A DNA stretch of 64,000 nucleotides, taken from NCBI GenBank assembly GCA_963753595.1, contig CAVWCX010000024.1:64001-128000 (forward strand), read 5' to 3'. The position numbers and the translations under genes are program-made. A model generated the notes under the pieces. That model was not told the DNA's origin. It searched no databases and was given only the letters and a program-made list of their open reading frames with translations. The stretch is from Candidatus Methanoperedenaceae archaeon (GTDB lineage: Archaea; Halobacteriota; Methanosarcinia; Methanosarcinales; Methanoperedenaceae). Below, piece after piece: positions 10,019 to 18,124 of this stretch. Position 1 is the first letter of the stretch; the number at the start of each line of letters is the position of its first letter.

Positions 10019-10262
10019 AATATCGCAGGGGCAGTTGCCTTCACTTCTCCTGTTATCCGTGCTTCTTGCAGCATTTATGATCGCGTTATATTTGAGTTTA
10101 AAGAGCGGGGATAAATATTCGGTAGAAGATGCACAAAGGGATGCAGTAAGTTTTGCAGATGTGGTCGAGGAAGCGGATGGCCCTATGACAACATTCCTTA
10201 TTGCCGCATTTATAGTATTAATTATCTGGGCTGTTGCCTACCTGGTCCTATACCTTAAATAA
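10008..10262 (+). CDS. Small membrane protein resembling the CcoP/FixP N-terminal anchor, without hemes
   Basis: DVVEEADGPMTTFLIAAFIVLIIWAVAYLVLY resembles FixP_N DGIEEYDNPLP.WW...F...II.A..YL; no CXXCH. Confidence 0.65.
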   Translation: MPIEISQGQLPSLLLLSVLLAAFMIALYLSLKSGDKYSVEDAQRDAVSFADVVEEADGPMTTFLIAAFIVLIIWAVAYLVLYLK

Positions 10263-10294
10263 TAAAAAAAAACGAAAAAATCCAGAATCGAATT

Positions 10295-10723
10295 CTATTT
10301 CTTCTTGCGGTTCTCAATCTCTTTCTTGATCCATGGGCCTACATCAAGTCCATGAACAAGGCCTTTCAGGTCATCCTTCAGGTTGCTTGGCTTTATTTTG
10401 ATCAGCCAGCCTTCTCCATAAGGGTCTCCTTTTAAGAGATCAAGATCATCCTCGATATTTTCATTGACTTCTGTTATAATACCTGTTACAGGCATCAACA
10501 GGCCTCCTACCCATTTTGCTGATTCAAGCGACCCGAAGGCCTCTCCTGCCTCGAATTCGTCATCTTCAAGGGGAAGGTCAATAAATTCAATATTTCCTGC
10601 TGCTTTTGCTCCATAGGCATCAAGACCAACTGTAACAGTACCATTGTCTTCGATCCTTGCCCATGTGTGATCTTTAGTATAATACAATTCTTCCGGAAGT
10701 TTATGTCCCTCTATTTCGACCAT
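10295..10723 (-). CDS. gcvH: Glycine cleavage H-like lipoyl carrier protein
   Basis: YYTKDHTWA, VGLDAYG, lipoyl site GSLESAKW, DPYGEGWLIKI. Confidence 0.9.
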   Translation of the reverse strand: MVEIEGHKLPEELYYTKDHTWARIEDNGTVTVGLDAYGAKAAGNIEFIDLPLEDDEFEAGEAFGSLESAKWVGGLLMPVTGIITEVNENIEDDLDLLKGDPYGEGWLIKIKPSNLKDDLKGLVHGLDVGPWIKKEIENRKKK

Positions 10724-10766
10724 TATTTTTCCTCTTTATTTGGTTATTACATTGTTATATATAAAG

Positions 10767-11189
10767 TTAATTATCCGCATATCGTTCGCGTTCTTTAGCG
10801 ATCAATCCGGTATAGTATCCTGCTGCTTCTTCAACTTTCATTACCTTGTTTTCATCAAATTTCCCTTTTACTTTCACGATCCACTCATTGTAAGGGTCAC
10901 TGTTGATAACATTCGGGTCATCCCAGAGTTTTTCATTTACTGAAATGACTTTTATATCAAATGGAACTGATATCTGGGACACTGCCTTTATGGTTTCATA
11001 TGCCACAAGCATGTCCCCCTGTTTAATTGATTCTCCTGTTTCAGGAAGATCAATGTGTACTATCCCTTTGGATAATGATTGGCCAAGTTCGGTTATTCCT
11101 ATGAGGATCTCTCCATTTTCAGGCTTTAGCCATACATGATTTTTCATGTAATACCGATCCTCAGGGAAATCAAACTCATAGGCCTTCAT
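10767..11189 (-). CDS. gcvH: Second glycine cleavage H-like protein
   Basis: Likely start MKAYEFDFPEDRYY at 11189; GITELGQ, lipoyl-type YETIKAVS, INSDPYNEW. Confidence 0.85.
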   Translation of the reverse strand: MKAYEFDFPEDRYYMKNHVWLKPENGEILIGITELGQSLSKGIVHIDLPETGESIKQGDMLVAYETIKAVSQISVPFDIKVISVNEKLWDDPNVINSDPYNEWIVKVKGKFDENKVMKVEEAAGYYTGLIAKERERYADN

Positions 11190-11426
11190 ATTGCCTACAA
11201 TCGAAAGATAGGTATAAAATACTTTTGCATGGATTTTTAGCCCTGGTGAGCATTGAAGAGTATTGTCCCAGAGTTGGTTCGTGTTCGTCTGGTTCGTGGT
11301 TAATTTATTTCCTATGGGCGTGCTTGTCATAACAAACGCAAACTTAACTATTAATAGACAAGTTTAAGTATTTAGTAGTTTAATATATGGATATGGTGAA
11401 CAATAAGTGGAGATAAAATATGAAAC

Positions 11427-12973
11427 CATTGGTCATCGGTTAAGCCCACCAGTCATCCCTGAACCGATGTCTACTGACATGGGGATCAAGTGCCTGACTT
11501 GAATAGACATTCATAACAGTCAGAATAGTTCTTTCAATCCCATAATACCGAAGTATCAGAGTAAGCTGTTTATCAGCATTTTCGGCAAAAATCGTACTCC
11601 ATCGCAATTGTGTAAAACGAGAACCAATATCTTTTGGATTATACTTCCGAACTAACGAATATATTCTCCTGCTTACTAAAAGGGTAAGAATCGATATCCA
11701 GATAAAGGCTTCGATAATTTGTGTGTTCTTTGTATTCACAACATCAAGAGCGTATCTGCTTTTCAGTTCTTTAAAGATCAGTTCAATATCCCATCTTGCT
11801 CCATAGAGTTTCGCAACATCCTCAGCCTCCAAAACATCTTTTGCAATATTAGTAAGATAGACATGATACTTTTCTTCATCTTCATTAAAAACCGCTACCA
11901 ATCGGAACTGTTCAGTATCCATTCTTGTCTTACTTTTCCCATTATAATTCGGTTTCTTGAATGAGACCTCAACTTCAACATCGAGTACTTGTCTTTTTAA
12001 CTTGGGGAGAATTTCACTGATATATTTCCCTTTCACATCAATACTATTCCCCCGACACGTATTATGCACATCAACAATAAGAGGATCCGCACTTCCTTTC
12101 AATCTGGACACGAAGTAACCGCCATTCTCCTTGATTTTAGCAAAGAGTAGATGTTTGTAGAAACCAAGATCGATAAGAAGAATTCTATCTTTTATCCATG
12201 GACCTATTCGCAGAGTCTTCAATTCATTTGTACTTTCAGGATGAATAGTGATGCTTTTTGGGCTGTTTGCCACGGCACTTACCAACAAACTCACTTTAAC
12301 GCCAGCTGCTACCGTTCTGGAACGTGCTGCCGGGAATTTTTTAGCAAGAGACTTATGCAATCTGATAATTGTGCTGTCCTGTATCATTACATCCTGGAAT
12401 TTAGCTATTTTTTCATTGAGAACTTTGGTTTGTTCCTTAGCAAGCTGTTCAATTCCATGAGTTACACATAGCCTCAGGAATGCAACAAGTTCAGGTGTGA
12501 ATCTTTCATACCAGCTGCTGTCGCTCAGTTTTTTATTGGAAAACTTTTCATAATTCCGTTTGACAAAGGCTAGATTTCTTGCAAGGCGAACACCATAACT
12601 ATTGACAAGAACCCAAAACATTTCTACGGCTGTCACTTTTCTCTCTCTTTCTATGAGGCCGGTTTCTTTTGCTGCTTGTTTCAGCCATTCTGGAGGGAAT
12701 AGTGTGTAGAGGTCTTTTTCAATTATATCGGGGTCATAAGATGGGATTTTTGTGTTTGGTTCTTTGGGCTTTTTCATGCTACTGATCCTCTTTCTAATTT
12801 TAATACAGTAAAATTAGAATTTTTAAGTAATATATGCATGCTAAGACGATAAATGCTTCGCTATATAACGATTATTTCAACTGGAAACCCAAAGCTATTG
12901 ACTAAAAACGAGTAATTCTGCAATCTTTTTTGAGATAATTCATTGAGCAGAATTCCTTAACCGATGACCAATG
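11427..12973 (-). mobile_element. IS4-family insertion sequence, copy 1 (1547 bp)
   Basis: Terminal IR CATTGGTCATCGGTTAAG / CTTAACCGATGACCAATG; 10-bp TSD AATATGAAAC at 11417-11426 and 12974-12983. Confidence 0.95.
11440..12777 (-). CDS. IS4-family DDE transposase (445 aa)
   Basis: IQDST, LIDLGFY and the YREK motif LYGARWDIELIFKELKS. Confidence 0.95.
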   Translation of the reverse strand: MKKPKEPNTKIPSYDPDIIEKDLYTLFPPEWLKQAAKETGLIERERKVTAVEMFWVLVNSYGVRLARNLAFVKRNYEKFSNKKLSDSSWYERFTPELVAFLRLCVTHGIEQLAKEQTKVLNEKIAKFQDVMIQDSTIIRLHKSLAKKFPAARSRTVAAGVKVSLLVSAVANSPKSITIHPESTNELKTLRIGPWIKDRILLIDLGFYKHLLFAKIKENGGYFVSRLKGSADPLIVDVHNTCRGNSIDVKGKYISEILPKLKRQVLDVEVEVSFKKPNYNGKSKTRMDTEQFRLVAVFNEDEEKYHVYLTNIAKDVLEAEDVAKLYGARWDIELIFKELKSRYALDVVNTKNTQIIEAFIWISILTLLVSRRIYSLVRKYNPKDIGSRFTQLRWSTIFAENADKQLTLILRYYGIERTILTVMNVYSSQALDPHVSRHRFRDDWWA

Positions 12974-12976
12974 AAT

Positions 12977-13123
12977 ATGAAACAGGATATGATCTATAAA
13001 TTAAGGATCCTGATTCTTGAAACATATGTCAGGATCACGATGATCGGGTATGAATCAAAACATGAGAAAAATTTAAATGCGGGATCGGTATCCAGGCAGT
13101 TTCTAAAGGGGAATAAAACATGA
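12977..13123 (+). CDS. Small hypothetical protein (48 aa); its upstream RBS-like GGAG is now separated from it by the IS
   Basis: MKQDMIYKLRILILETYVRITMIG...; the ATG lies inside the TSD; stop overlaps the next start (ATGA). Confidence 0.45.
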   Translation: MKQDMIYKLRILILETYVRITMIGYESKHEKNLNAGSVSRQFLKGNKT

Positions 13124-13302
13124 ACCCGGCCATCCCTGAAGTTGATGCGGATTCTGTCAAAAGGATGATCGATTGCTCAAGGCAGTCTAAAACAAGTACT
13201 GTTTTCGATATCAGTTTTTCAGATGTTAAAAATAATGGGACTATCGTGGACCTGCTTGAATATTTGACCTTGCTGAAAAGGAATAATGAGAATAACAGGT
13301 AG
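13120..13302 (+). CDS. Small hypothetical protein (60 aa)
   Basis: ATG start overlapping the upstream stop; preceded by AAGGGGAAT. Confidence 0.5.
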   Translation: MNPAIPEVDADSVKRMIDCSRQSKTSTVFDISFSDVKNNGTIVDLLEYLTLLKRNNENNR

Positions 13303-13311
13303 ATCACAAAG

Positions 13312-13461
13312 ATGAATCGAAAAGATGATGATAAGGAAGAAACCGCTGTTGAATGTAGTGACGTTGATGAAGAAATGGCTGAAAAGAAAAAGTCAAATGC
13401 TTCGAATGATAATGACTTTGCGTTCTTGTTGAATATATTTGATTTCATGACATGGCCTTAA
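13312..13461 (+). CDS. Small acidic hypothetical protein (49 aa)
   Basis: MNRKDDDKEETAVECSDVDEEMAEKKKS...FLLNIFDFMTWP*; sits 9 bp after the previous ORF and 2 bp before the next ATG. Confidence 0.4.
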   Translation: MNRKDDDKEETAVECSDVDEEMAEKKKSNASNDNDFAFLLNIFDFMTWP

Positions 13462-13463
13462 AA

Positions 13464-14571
13464 ATGAAAAACGCTACTGATACTGAGTTTCCTCTTTATC
13501 CGGAATCCAAAATAAACATACAAAATATTGTAATAAACAGTTTTAAATTTTTGATATTTGAATGGAAACTTTTTGCTATTGTCCTGGCTTTTTATATTTT
13601 TAAAAGTTTCATATTTGACCAGAATTCTTCCATAAATAATGATCTTACTCTTACCCGGCAATATTTTGGATTTGTTTTGATGCAACTGCCTCGAATCATT
13701 TTCGATTTATTGTTCTGGATTGCCATTATTCCACTGATCATACTTTCCGGAAAGGAATACCTGACAGGACAGCAAAAATTAAGGTTCGAGGAACATTCCA
13801 TATGCATATCATTCATATATAAAATCAATATTGGTTTCTTCCAATTCTGGAAAGAGATGATGGGTAGATATTTTGTACCCTTAATTTGACAGAAGCATAA
13901 ATTTTATAATGATGAAATGTATCAACCATAGCTGTTTCTCAAATAAATTATAGATTATATAACTTTATAAATACGTGTGGTGTTATACATTCTGCTAACA
14001 ATAATCAGTTGAAGCGATGTGATTTTCATAAATATGAACCTTCTGAATTTTCTGAATCTGTCAGACTAAGGTTGTACCGCTTTTTCAATATAAATCCATA
14101 TTTTCTGTGCTGGGTTTTCTAATGATATGCTTTTCCACTCTTTCGATGTTTAATATTACATTAATGCCTGAACCTGATCTCAAAATAATTGCAGGCTTTA
14201 TCAGCGCTTTTGAGATGATCCTTGGATTCATTTTATTCCTGGCGCCTGTTATAATTGTGCTGGAAAACAAGACATTTGCAGATGGAGCAAAAAAATCCAT
14301 CCATATCGTCAGGAACAAGTTGAAGGAATGTATCATTTTCAATATAATATTAGTTCTTATAAATCCATTTAATATACTTTTTTTGGCTATGATAATAAGC
14401 CATTATGCTGCAATTCCCTGGTTTAATTACCTTCAATTAACCCAAATTCCTGGATTTGAATTCTTTCAATTAATCCTGGCCAGCGGATGGTTCATATTTT
14501 GTAATGCCGCTATCATAGGATTTTATTTGAGCCTTTTAGAGGAGAGAAAATTAATACAACAAACCAAATAA
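13464..14571 (+). pseudogene. Probably split integral membrane protein (ORFs 13464-13889 and 14107-14571)
   Basis: Both parts are hydrophobic and AT-rich. The second carries ILFLAPVIIVLENK...GAKKSIHIVR, typical of C-terminal halves of generic membrane proteins. They could instead be two genes. Confidence 0.4.
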
Positions 14572-14756
14572 ATACACAATAATGGTGGTAAAAATATGAC
14601 AAGAAAAAAATTGATCATAGACCTTACGATCAGGCGAAATATGAGAAAATAATCACCACTAAACTTGTGTTAGATGTTTATCAATAATATTCCCCATAAA
14701 ATTTGAGCAGTATTTATATACGGACAAAAGAGAAATTTAAGATAGGGACGATTAGA

Positions 14757-15932
14757 ATGAACTCAAGAAAATCAGGATTTTCCACACGCGCCATCCATTC
14801 AGGAGAAAAACATGAAGATACGGGCTCAGTCACAACCCCGATATACCAGACGGCGCCTTTTAAATTCAAGAGCGCAGCAGATGCATCCGACCTGATGGGG
14901 GGGCGTAAAAAAGGATATGTATATTCACGCGGCCTGAATCCAACGACTGAAGTGCTTGAGGAGAAAATGGCAGACCTTGAGGGCGGGGAGGCTGCCCTTG
15001 CACAAACAACAGGGATGGCAGCGATTTCCGCAGCTGTTTTTACATCTGTCAAGGGTGGCGACCATGTGATTGCCGATGAAGTGATATACGGAAGCACATA
15101 CGACCTGTTCGTTGAACTTAAAGATTATGGCGTTGATGTTACTTTTATCGATACATCAGATCCGCATAATGTGGAAGAGGCATTTCGACCGAATACAAAA
15201 CTTGTTTTTTTTGAATCTCCGGCAAATCCTACGATGAAACTTACGGATATCAAAGCCGTAAGCGATATTGCTCATGAAAAAGGCGCATCTGTGATGGTTG
15301 ATAATACATTCCTGACGCCTTATCTCCAGAAGCCGCTTACACTTGGCGCTGATGTGGTCGTGCATAGCGCCACAAAATACCTGAATGGCCACGGGGATAC
15401 TCTTGGCGGGATAATCGCAGGTTCTTCGGATTTCATAAAATCAGCAAGGCACAAGGCAAAGAACTTTGGCGGCTCCATCACCCCGTTCTCGTCATGGCTG
15501 ATCATCCGGGGCATAAAGACACTGCCCATCCGTATGGACAGGCATAACCAGAATGCAATTGCAGTGGCAAAATTCCTGCAGGGACATGATCTGGTTAAAA
15601 GCGTAATTTATCCGGGACTTCCGGAGCATCCGCAGTATGAACTCGGAAGAAAACAGGCAAGTGGCGCCGGCGGCATGATCGCATTCCTGCTGGAAGAGGC
15701 AAAAGATGTGCCTCTTTTTCTTGATTCCCTCAAGCTTTGCACGCTGGCGGTAAGCCTTGGTGAGACCGCAACGCTTATCCAGCATCCTGCAACGATGACC
15801 CATGCAGTTGTTCCGCGGCAGGACAGGCTAAGATACGGGATTTCGGATGAACTTATTCGTCTTTCAGTTGGCCTTGAAGATGTAAGTGATATTATCAATG
15901 ACCTGGAACAGGCGCTTCATGGTATTCATTAA
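14757..15932 (+). CDS. PLP-dependent trans-sulfuration enzyme (methionine gamma-lyase / cystathionine gamma-synthase family)
   Basis: GFSTRAIH, YSRGLNPT, ESPANP, DNTF, PLP lysine HSATKYLNGHGD, SLGETATLIQHP, LIRLSVGLED. Confidence 0.93.
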   Translation: MNSRKSGFSTRAIHSGEKHEDTGSVTTPIYQTAPFKFKSAADASDLMGGRKKGYVYSRGLNPTTEVLEEKMADLEGGEAALAQTTGMAAISAAVFTSVKGGDHVIADEVIYGSTYDLFVELKDYGVDVTFIDTSDPHNVEEAFRPNTKLVFFESPANPTMKLTDIKAVSDIAHEKGASVMVDNTFLTPYLQKPLTLGADVVVHSATKYLNGHGDTLGGIIAGSSDFIKSARHKAKNFGGSITPFSSWLIIRGIKTLPIRMDRHNQNAIAVAKFLQGHDLVKSVIYPGLPEHPQYELGRKQASGAGGMIAFLLEEAKDVPLFLDSLKLCTLAVSLGETATLIQHPATMTHAVVPRQDRLRYGISDELIRLSVGLEDVSDIINDLEQALHGIH

Positions 15933-16279
15933 GAAGCCCTGAGAATTAAATTAATTTTGATCATTGCCACGATAATCGCAATCATAAAAACGATCAGTAG
16001 CAGCATTAATCTCTTGAATATGGTTTCCTGCAGTTTTTTTCTCCCTTTTAGTGTTATCCATGAATCTGCCGGGACTTCATGTGACTTTGCGCCATCCGGA
16101 TATACAAAACAAGTACGGTTGATATCCACTAATCCCTTAAATTGCAGGTCTTCTAAAAAAACTATGTCTCCGGGATTATGCCCCAATTGCGCAAGTAAAA
16201 CTTCATAAGACAGGCAATTGGGAAATATATTATTGAGACAACTGAGTATCTGCTTCTGCCTTTTGTTAATTGTCACCAT
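15929..16279 (-). CDS. Hypothetical protein, possible winged-helix plus C-terminal TM
   Basis: INKRQKQIL...LQFKGLVD...WITLKGRK then a hydrophobic tail. Confidence 0.5.
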   Translation of the reverse strand: MVTINKRQKQILSCLNNIFPNCLSYEVLLAQLGHNPGDIVFLEDLQFKGLVDINRTCFVYPDGAKSHEVPADSWITLKGRKKLQETIFKRLMLLLIVFMIAIIVAMIKINLILRAS

Positions 16280-16467
16280 TTCTATCCAAAACGAGATAAA
16301 CCTTTATCGTGTAAATACTTTCCGCTTACACGACCTGCCGGATTTGTTTTTGTCATCCTGTCAAGGCGCAGTCCAAACATCCGGAAGTCCGGAAATATCC
16401 TGCAAAGCACCTTTACAGAGGGTCTTGCCTTGATTTTAAGAGTTATGGGGTTTCTGTATTATGAATA

Positions 16468-16670
16468 CATTTGTCATCGGTTAAGAGAGAAATCATCAAA
16501 TAGAACACGGATGACGCAGATGATACGGATGCGCACGGATCCGTGAAAATCCGCGCGATCCGTGTCATCCGTGTTCTATTCAAACTAAACCTGAAAAGCA
16601 TGGAAAATTAACAACTCTTTGAACAATTGTATAGTACAAGCATGTTGAATTCCTTAACCGATGACCGATG
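16468..16670. mobile_element. Non-autonomous MITE (203 bp) related to the IS4 elements
   Basis: Ends CATTTGTCATCGGTTAAG and CTTAACCGATGACCGATG each differ by 1 base from the IS IR; 10-bp TSD ATTATGAATA at 16458-16467 and 16671-16680. Confidence 0.9.
16499..16580. repeat. 9-bp-periodic palindrome (CACGGAT core) inside the MITE
   Basis: AATAGAACACGGATGAC ... GTCATCCGTGTTCTATT form perfect 17-bp arms, with internal ~9-bp units. Confidence 0.9.
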
Positions 16671-16671
16671 A

Positions 16672-16872
16672 TTATGAATATGATTCTACTGCACTTTCCT
16701 GACTTATGGTAGTGCAATTGCTTCTTCCCTGAATATTCATATCTACCTGCTTGCTAAACACAGGATTTCCCACTATCTTGAAATTGTTGTATATGATATA
16801 AAGTTCTTCTATTTGTTTGCCGGTGATACCTGACTTTAATAGTAATATTCTATCTTGTGCAGTTTCTAACAT
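16672..16872 (-). CDS. Small hypothetical protein (MLETAQDRILLLKSG...)
   Basis: ATG preceded by GGAGA; stop lies in the right TSD of the MITE. Confidence 0.55.
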   Translation of the reverse strand: MLETAQDRILLLKSGITGKQIEELYIIYNNFKIVGNPVFSKQVDMNIQGRSNCTTISQESAVESYS

Positions 16873-17022
16873 TGACTCATCTCCCATCAATGAAACCGTT
16901 TTCCCTGTTTTTCCCTATGATATATTATAAACTATGGAGTTAATAAACATTTCTGGATTTACGGTCTATTTTATAAACACGATTAAACTGCGAATTCCTG
17001 ACTTATGGTAGTGCAATTGCTT
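16696..17022. repeat. 28-bp direct repeat (16696-16723 and 16995-17022)
   Basis: TTCCTGACTTATGGTAGTGCAATTGCTT occurs twice; the second copy duplicates the 3' end of the 16672-16872 ORF. Confidence 0.9.
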
Positions 17023-17038
17023 GTTCTCTCTGCTGTCG

Positions 17039-17335
17039 CTAACCCCAGATAGGAAATATCGGAATTACAATTCCCAATCCTATACGCCGTTGAAAGTGAA
17101 TTCCGAAAGAGATTACGATAAATCCCATTCTACCTATTGCTATTCCTGGAGTAAAAGTAAATCCGAATGTTCTGAATATCCCAAATGTCCATCCAAGCAT
17201 AATTGCTAAATCGATGCCTAATGGAGAAATAAGTCCACTACCGCCCTTTTGTTTATCTTTTCCCCCTCCAAGAGTGCCTACTATCAAACCTATGGCAGGA
17301 GCATTAAAGAATATTGATTCCCCATGTTTGGTCAT
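17039..17335 (-). CDS. Hypothetical Gly/Ile/Phe-rich protein (98 aa)
   Basis: ATG start 37 bp downstream of the hydrolase stop on the same strand; no recognisable motif. Confidence 0.4.
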   Translation of the reverse strand: MTKHGESIFFNAPAIGLIVGTLGGGKDKQKGGSGLISPLGIDLAIMLGWTFGIFRTFGFTFTPGIAIGRMGFIVISFGIHFQRRIGLGIVIPIFPIWG

Positions 17336-18124
17336 ATTTATATCATTTTTTTAGCGCTACTTCAATGTACTCCTAATTTCTCTTCAGGTTAAGCTCCAGG
17401 AATCCAAGGGTCTTATTCCAGGCGTCGATAGCCTGCTCCTTTCGAAATGCCGCAGAGTTTGTCGGGTTTGAAAAAGCATGGCCTGCCCCTTCATAAATAG
17501 AGATATTCACACTTGTTCCCTGTTCTTTCAGAATTCGTTCGAACTCACGGATATCTTTTACCGGAAGGCTCGTATCCTCAACTCCATATAACCCCAGGAC
17601 TGGCTGTTTCATCTTCATGAGAATAGCCTTATCTGTCGAAACCTGACCGTAATATATTACCGTAGCCTGCAGGTCATCATTGACGCCCAGCTGGAATGAC
17701 TGGCCGCCGCCGTAGCACCAGCCCAGTGAAGCGATTTTACTTTTGTTCACGTTCGTCATATTACGCAGATACTTTACTGCTGCCTGCATCTTCGGGATCG
17801 TTTCATTATTCGGATTATTTCTAAGATTAGCCTGGGCACCCTCTATAGTCGTTGCGACATTTCCTTTGAATAGATCAATCGCAAAAACCACATACCCTTC
17901 ACGCGCCGTTATATCAGCCATGCTTTTTACCTGATCGTTCAGTCCCCACCATTCATGGATCATGACAATACCCGGATATTTGCCTGCATTAACTGGCTGG
18001 ACGAGGAACCCTGAAAGCCTGACACCATCAATATTGACATCAATATTACTCGTTGAAACGTTTGCTCCGGCCTTTCCTTTGAAAACATCCGAAAGACCCA
18101 GATAACTCATATTAGGTTCTCCTC

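Noticed and set aside
11190-11330. N-terminal extension of the second gcvH
   Set aside because: GcvH similarity begins at MKAYEF; the extension runs through promoter-like and repeat DNA.
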